DNA from: Sedimentisphaerales bacterium
Lineage (GTDB): Bacteria; Planctomycetota; Phycisphaerae; Sedimentisphaerales; Anaerobacaceae
Direction: 5' to 3'
Assembly: GCA_963708075.1 (NCBI GenBank)
Contig: OY970194.1
Span: 5,696,001-5,760,000 of the forward strand
Length of the DNA: 64,000 nucleotides
This document shows, one piece after another, positions 47,102 through 57,994 of this stretch (position 1 is its first letter; the number at the start of each line of letters is the position of its first letter). The notes below the pieces were generated by a model. It was not told the DNA's origin. It did no database searches and was given only the letters and a program-made list of their open reading frames with translations. Both the position numbers and the translations under genes were made by a program.

Positions 47102-48469
47102 ATGACACGGAAAACGCGAAGACCCCTGACTGTCGGGTTCATTGCCCTGGGCTGTCCGAAGAACCTCGTCGACAGCGAGAGAATGCTGGCGCAGATTGCG
47201 CAGGCGGGCTTGCTCATTGCCGCAGAGCCGGAGCAGGCGGATATCGTCATCATCAACACCTGCGGTTTCATCGCGCCGGCGAAGGAGGAATCCCTCGACG
47301 CCATCCGACAAGCCGTAAGGGCCAAGAGGAAGGGACGCGTCCACAAGGTGATTGTCGCGGGCTGTCTGTCCCAACGTGAGGGCGCCGAGTTGCTCAATGA
47401 GGTCCAGGGCATTGATGCGATCGTCGGCCTCGAGCAGCGTGACGCGATCGTGCAGATTATCCAGGATACGCTGAGCGCGGCGAAGCCGGCAGCCTATCTT
47501 GGGCCCGTGCCATGCACGGTGGCGGACGACCGGACCAGATTGCGCATCGGTCCTGCCCATTCCGCCTACCTGCGGGTCAGCGAAGGATGCAATCATCGGT
47601 GTTCCTTCTGCACGATCCCGGCGATTCGCGGGCCATACCGAAGCAAGCCCGTGCCACAGATTCTCGACGAGGCGCAGGAACTGGTCTCCTCCGGGACGGT
47701 AGAGCTGAATCTCATCGGGCAGGACACCACGGTGTATGGGCGGGACCTGGGGATGCAGGATGGACTCGTCTCTTTGCTCGCGCAAGTCGAGCAGATTCCT
47801 GATCTTACGTGGATTCGCATCCTCTACGCCTATCCTACCGGCATCACCGATGCTCTTATCGAGACCATCGCCCGGAGCCAAAAGATCGTTCATTACCTCG
47901 ACATCCCCATCCAGCACGCCAGTGACGCGATTCTCAAGGCCATGCGGCGGCCCGACACCAATCTGCGGCTCAGAAAGCTCGTGGAGACCCTCCATGTGGC
48001 TATTCCGGACATTGTGCTGCGAACCACGCTGATTGTGGGATTCCCGGGGGAGACGCAAAAGGAGTTCGAGGAGCTTGTCGAGTTCGTCAAGTGTGCGCAG
48101 TTCGATGCCCTCGGGGTGTTCACGTTCTACCCGGAGCCCGGGACGCCGGCAGCTCAATTTCCGGATCAGGTGCCCGATGAGGTCAAGCAGGCCCGTCTGG
48201 AGGAGCTGATGTTGACACAGCAGGAGATTGCGTTCGCCAGGAACGAGCGGCGTATCGGCAGCGAGCTCCTGTGCCTGATCGACTCCGTGGAACGTCGCGA
48301 CACCGCCCGCGGGCGGTTCTATGGCCAGGCGCCGGATGTTGACAGCGTTTGCCTTGTCAAAGGTTGCTCCCCGGCTCGACGCGGCTTACCCAAGTTGACG
48401 CCGGGACAATTTGCCCGGGTCAAGGTCACTGGGACACAGGATTACGATCTGCTCGTCGAGCAAATTTGA
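47102..48469 (+). CDS. rimO: ribosomal protein S12 methylthiotransferase
   Basis: LGCPKNLVDSE, INTCGFI, SEGCNHRCSFCTIP, QAPDVD, TRAM domain. Confidence 0.95.
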   Translation: MTRKTRRPLTVGFIALGCPKNLVDSERMLAQIAQAGLLIAAEPEQADIVIINTCGFIAPAKEESLDAIRQAVRAKRKGRVHKVIVAGCLSQREGAELLNEVQGIDAIVGLEQRDAIVQIIQDTLSAAKPAAYLGPVPCTVADDRTRLRIGPAHSAYLRVSEGCNHRCSFCTIPAIRGPYRSKPVPQILDEAQELVSSGTVELNLIGQDTTVYGRDLGMQDGLVSLLAQVEQIPDLTWIRILYAYPTGITDALIETIARSQKIVHYLDIPIQHASDAILKAMRRPDTNLRLRKLVETLHVAIPDIVLRTTLIVGFPGETQKEFEELVEFVKCAQFDALGVFTFYPEPGTPAAQFPDQVPDEVKQARLEELMLTQQEIAFARNERRIGSELLCLIDSVERRDTARGRFYGQAPDVDSVCLVKGCSPARRGLPKLTPGQFARVKVTGTQDYDLLVEQI

Positions 48470-48507
48470 TATTGAAGCGAGTCGCGGGCCTCAGTAAACT
48501 CTCGGCC

Positions 48508-49107
48508 ATGTGGAAACATGTGCCGAACATCCTGACTTTCATACGCCTGGGCATGACCTTCGTTTTCCTGGGCATGATTCTCTATTCTCCGCACGTGGCG
48601 AACCACTCGTTCTTTCTGGATGTCGCCTTCGCCATCTTCGTCGTGGCCGGCCTGACGGACGTGATCGATGGGCACGTGGCCCGGCATTTCAACGCATCGA
48701 GCAAGTTCGGCCGGATAATCGATCCCCTCGTCGATAAAGTCCTGGTCTGCGGCGCTTTCATCTGTTTCGCGATCATCGGTATCCCCAAGCTCTTCAACTG
48801 GGGCCAGACGACGCTGGCCATCGTGCACTGGCTGGTCGCAGGGATTCTCATCCTGCGGGAGACCTATGTCACGGTTCTGCGTCAGATGGCCGAGGCGCGA
48901 GGCATCAACTTCGCCGCGGTGATATCCGGCAAGATCAAGATGTTCGTCCAGACCTTTGCGATCGGGACCGTGATCATCAAGACGGCGCACGTGCCGGACG
49001 CCCTGTGGGGGCAATGGTTTACCCTGATTACATTCGCGGCGATGATCGCCATCACCGTGTATTCCGGCCTGGACGCGACACGGCGGACCAAAGCCGTGCA
49101 GAGCTGA
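48508..49107 (+). CDS. pgsA: CDP-alcohol phosphatidyltransferase (phosphatidylglycerophosphate synthase)
   Basis: PNILTFIR, TDVIDGHVAR...FGRIIDPLVDK; follows rimO. Confidence 0.85.
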   Translation: MWKHVPNILTFIRLGMTFVFLGMILYSPHVANHSFFLDVAFAIFVVAGLTDVIDGHVARHFNASSKFGRIIDPLVDKVLVCGAFICFAIIGIPKLFNWGQTTLAIVHWLVAGILILRETYVTVLRQMAEARGINFAAVISGKIKMFVQTFAIGTVIIKTAHVPDALWGQWFTLITFAAMIAITVYSGLDATRRTKAVQS

Positions 49108-49122
49108 CTGGTAGGAGTGATT

Positions 49123-51349
49123 ATGAGAAGCCCCGCGCTTTCCCGAGCCGCACTGATTCTGTCCCTTCTCATCCCCTGTGTCACGGTTTCCCTGTGGGCG
49201 GCGCCTCAGGCGGATCAGGCCGCCGCAGGCGAGTTCCTGCCTCCGCTGCCCGAGGGCAAGAGCTGGCAACTGGCCTGGAGCGACGAATTTGACGGCAAGG
49301 CCGTGGACCAGGCCAAGTGGGAATTGTGCGGTGACTGGAAACGTCGCGACGGTTTCTGGGTCAAAGAGGATGCCTACACTGATGGCGAGGGCCACCTGAT
49401 TCTTCGCACGAAGAAGGATGGAGATCGGTACACGTGCGGCTCGGTCCGCACGCGAGGCAAGTTCGAGCATCGCTACGGCTACTGGGTCTGCCGGTGCAAA
49501 TTCCCCACGCAGCAGGGACACTGGCCCGCCTTCTGGCTCTATGCGAACAGCGTTGGCAAGGTCGGTGACGACGGGCGCGACGGCACCGAGATCGACATCA
49601 TGGAAAAGCCCTGGCTCGACGATCGCACGACACAGAACCTGCACTGGGACGGCTATGGCAAGGAGCACAAGAGCGACGGTACCAAGTTCACGGTGCCGGG
49701 CCTGAGCGAGGGCTGGCACACGTTCGGCCTGCTCTGGACACCCGAGGAGTACGTGTTCTACGTCGATGGCAAAGAGAACCTGGCGCAGCAGCGCCGGCGG
49801 CGTCTCCCAGGTGCCGCAGTACGCCAAGCTTACCGAGGAAATCGGCACGTGGGCCGGCGACATCAAGCAAGCCGCTCTGCCCGATTACTTTGTCGTTGAT
49901 TACGTGCGGGTCTATGATCCCGTCGATGGAGCGAAGCCTATAGCGGACGAGAAGAGAGACTTGATCCTTCGCGCGGCCAATGTCCGGCCGTCGCCGCAGC
50001 AGCTTGCCTGGCAGCAGTTGGAGTTCATCGGGTTCATCCATTACACGGTGAACGCCTTCACGGACAAGGAGTGGGGCGAGGGCACCGAGGACCCGAAAAT
50101 CTTCAATCCCAGCCAGCTTGACGTTCGGCAGTGGGTCAAGACCTGCAAGGATGCGGGGATGAAGATGGTCATCCTCACAGCCAAGCATCACGACGGCTTT
50201 TGCCTGTGGCCCAGCAAGTACACGGAGCATTCGGTCAAGAACAGCCCGTACAAGAACGGCAAAGGGGACATTGTCGGCGAGTTGGCCCAAGCCTGCCGCG
50301 AGGTCGGCTTGAAGCTTGGACTGTATCTATCCCCGTGGGACCGCCACGAACCGACTTACGGCGACACGGAGGGCTACAACCGGTTCTATAAGAACCAGTT
50401 GCGGGAAATCCTCACGAACTACGGCGAGGTCACGGAGGTCTGGTTTGATGGCGCCAAGGGCGAGAATGCGAAGGACATGGAGTACGACTGGGCCGGCTAC
50501 TATGCCATCGTCCGCGAGCTCCAGCCCAATGCCGTTATCTTCAACGGGCCCGACATCCGCTGGGTGGGCAACGAGCGAGGCTACGCCCGCGAGAGCGAGT
50601 GGAGCGTGGTCAACAGCAACGGCTCACTGTTCGGCATCGTCAACTGCACCGCCAAGGACATCGGCAGCCTCGACGCCCTGGGCAAGGGCGAACGCCTGGT
50701 CTGGTATCCCGCGGAGACGGATGTCTCCATCCGCCCGGGCTGGTTCTACCATGCCAGGGAGGATGACAAGGTCAAATCCGTCGAGCAACTGCTCGATATC
50801 TACTTCAGCTCCGTCGGCTATAACAGCGTGCTGCTGCTGAATCTGCCGCCGGACAGGCGTGGCCTGATCCACGAAAATGACGTGCAGCGGCTCCGCGAGT
50901 TCCGCAAAGTGCGCGACGCCATCTTCGATGAGAATCTGGCTGCCGGCGCGAAGGCGACAGCGTCAAATGTCCGAGCGAACGATCCCGCGTTCGCCGCCGA
51001 CAGGATCACCGACGGCGACAGGGACACATATTGGACCACCGACGACTGGACCACGGCCGCAACGGTCGAGCTTGATCTAGGCAAATCCTGCACGTTTAAC
51101 GTGGTGGAATTGGCCGAGTACATCAAGGCCGGGCAGCGCATTTCCGGATTCGCCCTCGACGCCTGGGACGGCGTCGCCTGGAAGGAATTCGCCCACGGCA
51201 CGACGGTCGGCTACAAGCGGCTGGTCCGCTTCAACGACGTGACGACCCGGAAGGTCCGCCTGCGAATCCTGGACAGCCGGGTCTGCCCCACGCTCAGCGG
51301 CTTCGGCCTGTATCACGCCCCATCGACCAAAGAGATCCTTGGCCGTTGA
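49123..51349 (+). CDS. secreted GH16 + GH29 (alpha-L-fucosidase) + F5/8C multidomain protein, apparent +1 frameshift at about 49777
   Basis: WSDEF, WPAFW, EIDIME in frame 1; DYVRVY, TAKHHDGF, YLSPWDRH, WFDGA, IRPGWFYH in frame 2. Confidence 0.85.
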
Positions 51350-51374
51350 GCGCGCGGGCCACGAAGCAATCCTT

Positions 51375-51584
51375 TCAGAGGACGGCCTCGATCATCTCGC
51401 GAGTGACGATGACCTTCCCCTCCTCGCACACGGCGCACCTGTGGACGATCCGCGCGGGCAGGTCCCGGCCGGCCGCGATCGGACCGCCGTAGATCACCAC
51501 GTCCGATCCGATCACGTCCTCCAGATCGATCTCATTCTCATGCTGCCCCGGCCCCGTGCACAGGACCTTGATGATTTTCGCCAT
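51375..51584 (-). CDS. small hypothetical protein (possible Zn ribbon)
   Basis: 69 aa; C...H and CAVC. Confidence 0.45.
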   Translation of the reverse strand: MAKIIKVLCTGPGQHENEIDLEDVIGSDVVIYGGPIAAGRDLPARIVHRCAVCEEGKVIVTREMIEAVL

Positions 51585-51682
51585 TTACGTGTTCCCAACA
51601 ATATAGACTTATGACATTCCTCTTCGATTCGCACGTCATCTCGCATCGAAGGTGATGGATTCAGAACTCAGCAGATAAGCGA

Positions 51683-53095
51683 TCACAGCCGCCAGCCGTC
51701 GCGGTAGGGCTCCTGGACGTACTTGTTGGCCTCTTCGTCGTTCGTGAATTTCATGCCGGCGGCGTCCCAGTGGAGCTTCCTGCCTCGCCGGATGGCGATG
51801 TTGCCGAGCAGGACGACCTCGGCGAGCAGGCCGCCGACATCGAAGTTGCAGCTTGGCCGTTCGCCCCCGCAGCAGGCGGCGATCCACTCGCCGGTGGCGA
51901 TGTTCTTGTAATTCGACCGGGTCAGCGTCTTGGCCGGCGGGGTATAGCTCTGCATCTTCGAATCGGGAATGATTCGCCCGTTGTCCACGTAGCCGAGAAT
52001 CTTGCCCTTGCTGCCGACGTACAGGTTGCCTTCCTCGGGCCAGTCGCGGTGGTCTTCGAGCTCGCTCGGCCGCGGCGGCTTGATACCTCCATCGCACCAG
52101 TAGAGCGTCACAGGCGGCATGCCTTGTCTCGCAGGGAACTCCCAGGTGACCGTCGAGGCCAGCGGCGTCGCCTCGCCCATCGCCTTGGTCGAGCTGGCCC
52201 AGACGCTCGTCGGATGCCCGAGCTTGAGTGCGCGAAACAGCGTGTTGAGGTGGTGGCAGCCCATGTCGCCGAGCGCGCCGGTCCCGAAATCCCACCAGCC
52301 GCGGAAGTTCCACGGGTGGTACACCGCATCGACCGGATAGTTGTACTTGGCCTGCTTCATGATCAGGCTGTCCCGGCCCCATTTCTCCTTGAACGGGCGC
52401 ATTGGGGCCGGGCCGATCCACAGGTCCCAATCGAAGTGCGCGGGCACGGGATCGGAGCCTTGCGGCCGGTCCATGCCCTGCGGCCATAGCGGCCGATTCG
52501 ACCAGCAATGCACCTCGCGGATCTCGCCGATCGCGCCGTCCCAGATCATCTCGCACAGCCGGCTGGCGCCCTCGTTCGTGGAAGAGGCGGCAGTCACCTG
52601 CGTCGCCACGCCGGCCTTGCGGGCGGCTTCGACGACCGTGCGGGCCTCGTGGATGGTCCGCGTCAGCGGCTTGACGCAGAGCACGTGCTTGCCCTTTCGC
52701 AGCGCCTCCATCGTGATGACGGCGTGCGTATGGTCCGGCGTGGCCACCAGGACCGCGTCGATGCCGGACTCCTTGTCGAGCATCTCACGGTAGTCACGAT
52801 ATTGCTTCGCCTCGGGGTACTCGTCAAACACCGGCTTGGCATAATGGGTGTCCACGTCGCACAGGAACGCGATCCTTGCCGCTTTCTCCGCCGCACAGCC
52901 CTGCAGAAAGGGCCTGCCCACGCCGCCGATGCCGACGCCGGCGATGTTGACCTTCTCACTGGGGGCCGTATGCGCCGCCCCGCCCAGGACGTGCCGGGGC
53001 ACGATCGTAAACGCCGCCGCGGCCGCCGCTTGCTGCATGAATCTCCTGCGCGAGAGGGGCAGGTTCGAACGATCACCTGTATGGCTGTGCCTCAT
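51683..53095 (-). CDS. Tat-exported Gfo/Idh/MocA oxidoreductase
   Basis: SRRRF twin-Arg, VATPDHTH, WDLWIGPAP, GALGDMGCH. Confidence 0.92.
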   Translation of the reverse strand: MRHSHTGDRSNLPLSRRRFMQQAAAAAAFTIVPRHVLGGAAHTAPSEKVNIAGVGIGGVGRPFLQGCAAEKAARIAFLCDVDTHYAKPVFDEYPEAKQYRDYREMLDKESGIDAVLVATPDHTHAVITMEALRKGKHVLCVKPLTRTIHEARTVVEAARKAGVATQVTAASSTNEGASRLCEMIWDGAIGEIREVHCWSNRPLWPQGMDRPQGSDPVPAHFDWDLWIGPAPMRPFKEKWGRDSLIMKQAKYNYPVDAVYHPWNFRGWWDFGTGALGDMGCHHLNTLFRALKLGHPTSVWASSTKAMGEATPLASTVTWEFPARQGMPPVTLYWCDGGIKPPRPSELEDHRDWPEEGNLYVGSKGKILGYVDNGRIIPDSKMQSYTPPAKTLTRSNYKNIATGEWIAACCGGERPSCNFDVGGLLAEVVLLGNIAIRRGRKLHWDAAGMKFTNDEEANKYVQEPYRDGWRL

Positions 53096-53348
53096 GACAG
53101 CATTCCTTTCAAGAAACCTCGACCTGTGTGACGAACATGAAGGAGTGGGAATCCGATATCGTGGTCCATCTGGTTCGTTCCACTTGTGCTCCGGGTTCTT
53201 GGCACCGGCACGACAGCATACCCGGTCCGCCGTCCGGGCTCAAGAACAAACACCCGTCGCATACGATCGAACGTGCGGACGGTGAACGTTGCGTGCGCTA
53301 CATCGTAGTTAGTGGGCAGGGGAGCGTATGGTACAGACGCGTGAGAGC

Positions 53349-54076
53349 ATGAGAAAGAGCATCCGATTCGCTATTCTTGCCGTGCTCGGTGCCGGGCTGA
53401 TCGCATCGCTGCTGCTGCCTCCCGTCATCTCGTGTCTGGCGCATGCGCTCGGGTGTGTGGAGCGGTCGGGGGTCTGGGGGCCGGTTGTACTGGGCGTCTT
53501 CTACGTCGTGTGCTCCGTGTTCCTCGTTCCCGGCTCGATCCCGACGCTGACGGCGGGGTTTCTGTTCGGAGTACCGCTTGGCAGCCTCACGGCGATCCTC
53601 GGCAGCACGGTGGGGGCCTGTGCGGCGTTCCTGGTCGGACGGACCATGGCGCGCGATTGGATCGCCCGCCGGATCGCCCGAAGCCGCAGGTTCACGGCGA
53701 TCGACCGCATGATCGGCCGGCACGGCTTCAAGGTCGTCCTGTTGAGCCGCCTGAGCCCAATTTCGCCTTTCGTAATCCTGAATTACCTGTTCAGTCTTAC
53801 GAAAGTATCGTTCCGGGAATACGCGTTGGGCTCGCTGATCGGGATGATCCCGGGGACGGTGATGTTCGTCTATTTTGGAGCGGGCCTTCGCTCCCTGGCG
53901 GAAGTGACGGCGTACGCCAAGGGGCAGCTCCCGCCCACGCCGGCGGAGCGCGTGTTCTTCTGGGCGGGCCTGGCGGTGACCGTGATCATTACCGTTCTGT
54001 TGGCGCGCTGGCGCACAGATCGCTGCAGCGTGCGATAGACAAAGATCACCCCGGTACGGGAAACGACCGTGCGTGA
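53349..54076 (+). CDS. TVP38/TMEM64 (DedA/VTT) family membrane protein, probable frameshift near 54008
   Basis: PGSIPTLTAGFLFG, LSRLSPISPF...LNY, GMIPGT. Confidence 0.85.
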
Positions 54077-54179
54077 GGGCGCAGGAAACCACGTCGTTGC
54101 TTTCCGCTCGGTGAGATGGTGATTATAATCAGGAGAGATGCTGGAACCCGGTGTTTGTCAGAGATGGATGTAAGGGGCC

Positions 54180-55310
54180 ATGGTAGGAATCGTTTCCAAG
54201 CCGGACACGAATCGAAAGCTGGAGATCCTCAGCGATGACGCCAGGTACGACCTGGCCTGTGCGTGCGGCACGGACCAGGACGAAAGGCGTCGTCGCGGGG
54301 GCGACGGCCGATGGATCTATCCGGTCACGCTTCCAAACGGCGGCAAGAGCGTTCTGTTCAAGACGCTGATCTCCAACGTCTGCGCGAACGACTGCAAGTA
54401 CTGCCCTCTGAGGCAGGAGCGGGACATCCGCCGGTGCACGCTGAACCCCGAGGAGACGGCCCGCGTATTCCTCGACTATTACAGTCAGCGGAAGGTCTTC
54501 GGCCTGTTCCTGAGCTCGGGCGTCGTCGGCTCGGCCGACGCGACGATGGACCGGCTCAACACGACGGCGCGCCTGCTGCGGCAACGGCACGGTTTCAAGG
54601 GCTACATCCATCTGAAGGTGATCCCCGGGGCCAGCCGCCCGGCGATTGAAGAAGCCGTCTCGCTCGCCAGCGCCGTCTCGCTCAATATCGAGACGCCCGG
54701 CGCCGCGCACCTTGCGAGGCTTTCGACCAGAAAGAGTTTTGTCCAGGATATCGTTGAGCCGATGAAGTACATCAGCCAACTGACGGCCCGCGGGTCCCGG
54801 TTCGCGAAGGTCAAGCAGACCACGCAGTTCATTGTCGGACCCGCCGGCGAGTCGGATGCCGAAATCGTCAAGTATATGTGGGGGCTCTACGAGAGACTCA
54901 GGATGCACCGGGTGTACTTCAGTGCGTACCAGCGGGGACTGGGGGATGCGTCGCTATCGGCTGAACAGGGCGGCGCGGACGGCGTATTTATGCGGGAGCA
55001 CCGTCTGTATCAGGTGGACTTCCTGATGCGCAAGTACGGCTTCCGAGACGCCGATGTCCCATTTGATGTCCATGGCAACCTGTCCCTGGAAACCGACCCG
55101 AAGGAAGCCTGGGCGCAGGGTCATCCGGAGCATTTCCCGCTGAACGTGAATCGTGCGTCCCGGTTGGAGTTGCTGCGTGTGCCGGGGCTTGGCCCCATCA
55201 CCGTGGACCGGATCCTCCGGCTGCGGCAAATGCAGCGGATCGGATCGCTGGCAGAGATCGGGCCTGTCGGCGCTCGGCTGGGCAAGGCCCGGCAGTACGT
55301 AACCTTTTGA
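54180..55310 (+). CDS. putative DNA modification/repair radical SAM protein with HhH (TIGR03916-like)
   Basis: YDLACAC, NVCANDCKYC, YIHLKVIPG, REHRLYQVDFL, LLRVPGLG. Confidence 0.88.
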   Translation: MVGIVSKPDTNRKLEILSDDARYDLACACGTDQDERRRRGGDGRWIYPVTLPNGGKSVLFKTLISNVCANDCKYCPLRQERDIRRCTLNPEETARVFLDYYSQRKVFGLFLSSGVVGSADATMDRLNTTARLLRQRHGFKGYIHLKVIPGASRPAIEEAVSLASAVSLNIETPGAAHLARLSTRKSFVQDIVEPMKYISQLTARGSRFAKVKQTTQFIVGPAGESDAEIVKYMWGLYERLRMHRVYFSAYQRGLGDASLSAEQGGADGVFMREHRLYQVDFLMRKYGFRDADVPFDVHGNLSLETDPKEAWAQGHPEHFPLNVNRASRLELLRVPGLGPITVDRILRLRQMQRIGSLAEIGPVGARLGKARQYVTF

Positions 55311-55408
55311 AATTTTTATTGCGAAAAAGTGATCGATTTCTATAATTCGCTGGCTGAACCTGTGAAAACAGACCAGCAACAGTGTGCTTCAAGCCTAAGG
55401 AGGTGAAG

Positions 55409-55984
55409 ATGCGAAATCTGGTTCCCGCGAAGGTCTTCCTGACGAAGGGCGTCGGTCGACACAAGTACCAGCTCAAGTCGTTTGAGGAAGCCTTGCGCAA
55501 AGCCGGTGTCGCACAACAGAACCTGGTTCAAGTGTCGTCGATTCTGCCGCCGCGATGCAAGCTGATCAGCCGGGAAAAAGGGCTGGCCGATCTGACGCCG
55601 GGCGGTATCTGCTACTGTGTCATGGCGCGGTCCGATACGGACGAGCACGGCCGCCTAGTGGCTTCCTCCGTGGGAATCGCTGTTCCTAAGGACGAGGCCA
55701 AGTGGGGATACCTCAGTGAAGTGCATGGCCATGGCATGAACGAGAAAGAAGCGTCCGACCTGGCGGAAGACCTTGCCGCCGGAATGCTCGGAACCACGCT
55801 GGGCCTGGAAGTGGATCCCAACAAGGCGTGGTCTGAAAAGGAACAAGTCTATCGCTCCAGTGGTCTGATCATTCGAACCTCGAACATCACGCAAACCGCC
55901 AGGGGCCAGAAGGACCTCTGGACCACGACCGTGGCCATTGCCATGTTCCTGTTCAACGATAACCCAAGCCTTTTTTCCCGTTGA
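55409..55984 (+). CDS. pdaD: pyruvoyl-dependent arginine decarboxylase
   Basis: FLTKGVG, SFEEALR, NLVQVSSILPP self-cleavage site, GYLSE. Confidence 0.9.
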   Translation: MRNLVPAKVFLTKGVGRHKYQLKSFEEALRKAGVAQQNLVQVSSILPPRCKLISREKGLADLTPGGICYCVMARSDTDEHGRLVASSVGIAVPKDEAKWGYLSEVHGHGMNEKEASDLAEDLAAGMLGTTLGLEVDPNKAWSEKEQVYRSSGLIIRTSNITQTARGQKDLWTTTVAIAMFLFNDNPSLFSR

Positions 55985-56097
55985 ACCCCTGAATCGCCGG
56001 TCGGCTGTCTGCCCACGGCTCGCGTAAGGCGGCGATTCTAAGAGACTGCGCACGCCGATGCAGGCGTGGGAAGCGGGCCGGCATTGGAGTCAGCACC

Positions 56098-56952
56098 ATG
56101 ATAGAAGCCACGAATTTCGGGGCCTTGCCCCCTGAGTACAGCCGCGCCGAGTTCGCGGAAATCGTTATCATCCCCGTGCCGTATGACGGAACGAGCACCT
56201 ACGTCAAGGGCGCGGACAAGGGACCTGAGGCGATCATCCGGGCCTCGGGAAACATGGAGTTATACGATATCGAGACCGATTCGCAGGTGTACCTGCACGG
56301 GATCTTCACCGATGATCCGGTGGCGGATGGTCCTGAGCCTGAGAAGATGGTCCGGGCAGTGGAGCGGCGGGTCGGAAAGCATCTTGCGAACGATAAGTTC
56401 ATCGTTGTCCTGGGAGGGGAGCATTCGGTCAGCGTCGGGGCGGTGCAGGCCCATGCCCGCAAGTACCCGGGCATGACGGTCCTGCAGCTCGATGCCCATT
56501 CGGACCTGCGCGACCAGTATGAGGGCTCCAGGTACAATCACGCCTGCGTGATGGCCCGGGTCAAGGAGATGTGCCCCATCGTTCAGGTCGGCATCCGGAG
56601 CATGGACGTGTCGGAGAAGCCTGCCATGGATCGCAAGCGTGTTTTTTTCGCCGAGGACATCCATCACGGCACGACTGGCGTAGATAATATTATCGGGATG
56701 TTGACGGATCAGGTGTACGTTACGATCGATCTGGATGTCTTTGACCCGTCGATCATGCCGTCCACGGGAACGCCCGAGCCGGGCGGTCTGTTATGGTACG
56801 ATGTTCTGGACCTCCTGAAGAGGGTGTGTCGCCGAAGCACGGTCGTAGGCTTCGACGTCGTCGAGATGTGCCCGGCTGCGACCAACTGGGGTCCCGACTT
56901 CATGGCGGCAAAACTGATTTATAAGCTGCTGACTTACAAATTCCGAGGTTAA
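56098..56952 (+). CDS. speB: agmatinase
   Basis: GGEHS, DAHSD, DLDVFDPS, TGTPEPGG. Confidence 0.93.
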   Translation: MIEATNFGALPPEYSRAEFAEIVIIPVPYDGTSTYVKGADKGPEAIIRASGNMELYDIETDSQVYLHGIFTDDPVADGPEPEKMVRAVERRVGKHLANDKFIVVLGGEHSVSVGAVQAHARKYPGMTVLQLDAHSDLRDQYEGSRYNHACVMARVKEMCPIVQVGIRSMDVSEKPAMDRKRVFFAEDIHHGTTGVDNIIGMLTDQVYVTIDLDVFDPSIMPSTGTPEPGGLLWYDVLDLLKRVCRRSTVVGFDVVEMCPAATNWGPDFMAAKLIYKLLTYKFRG

Positions 56953-56953
56953 C

Positions 56954-57994
56954 ATGGACAAGAAGGATATTCTCAGAGAACCTATTGAGCACATCGACAT
57001 CAAGGCGTTCGATTCGACCCGGATCATCGACTCGATGCGGGGGATGTCGTTCACGGCCAGGGATACCGCCCGCGCCGCCGATATCCTCAACAAGATGATT
57101 GAAGACAAGGATTGCACCATCATGCTGTGCATCGCGGGCAGCACGAGCGCCGGCGGGTGCATGCAAGTGTACGTCGATCTGGTGCGCCACAACATGGTGG
57201 ATGCCATCGTGGCCACCGGCGCCACAATCGTGGATATGGACTTTTTTGAGGCCCTGGGCTTTCGCCACTATAGAGGCAGCTCCATAGCGGACGATAAAGA
57301 GCTTAGAGAGCTGTACATCGACCGGATTTATGACACCTACATCGATGAGGAGCAGCTCCAGACCTGTGACAGCGCGATTAAGGAGATCGCCGACAGCCTG
57401 GAGCCCCGGCCATACTCCTCCAGGGAGTTCATCCAGGAGATGGGCAAGTACCTGATGACCAACGGCAAGAAGAACGATTCACTCGTGCGGGTCGCCTATG
57501 AGCGCGATGTGCCGATCTTCTGCCCGGCGTTTTCCGATTCCAGCGCCGGCTTCGGTCTCGTCCGGCACCAGGTGGAGAATCCGGATAGTCATGTCTCCAT
57601 CGACTCAGTGAAGGACTTCCGGGAGCTGACGGAGATCAAGATGCGATCGCCCGTTTCCGGCCTGTTCATGATCGGCGGCGGCGTGCCGAAGAACTTCGCA
57701 CAGGATACCGTGGTCTGTGCCGAGGTCCTCGGCCGGCCCGTCGATATGCACAAGTACGCGGTCCAGATCACCGTCGCCGATGCCCGTGACGGCGCCTGTT
57801 CCAGCTCGACCCTCAAGGAGGCCTCCTCCTGGGGCAAGGTCGATACGACATACGAGCAAATGGTTTTCGCCGAGGCGACTGCGGTTCTGCCCTTGATCGC
57901 CAGCTATGCGTTCCATAGCCGGCACTGGGAGGACCGGGCCCAAAGGCGGTGGAGCAAGATTTTCGAGCCAGTGCCTGCAGGAGAACATAGATGA
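56954..57994 (+). CDS. deoxyhypusine synthase-like protein (probable homospermidine synthase)
   Basis: IDRIYD, FCPAFSDSS, GGGVPKNF, DGACSSSTLKEASSWGK. Confidence 0.88.
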   Translation: MDKKDILREPIEHIDIKAFDSTRIIDSMRGMSFTARDTARAADILNKMIEDKDCTIMLCIAGSTSAGGCMQVYVDLVRHNMVDAIVATGATIVDMDFFEALGFRHYRGSSIADDKELRELYIDRIYDTYIDEEQLQTCDSAIKEIADSLEPRPYSSREFIQEMGKYLMTNGKKNDSLVRVAYERDVPIFCPAFSDSSAGFGLVRHQVENPDSHVSIDSVKDFRELTEIKMRSPVSGLFMIGGGVPKNFAQDTVVCAEVLGRPVDMHKYAVQITVADARDGACSSSTLKEASSWGKVDTTYEQMVFAEATAVLPLIASYAFHSRHWEDRAQRRWSKIFEPVPAGEHR

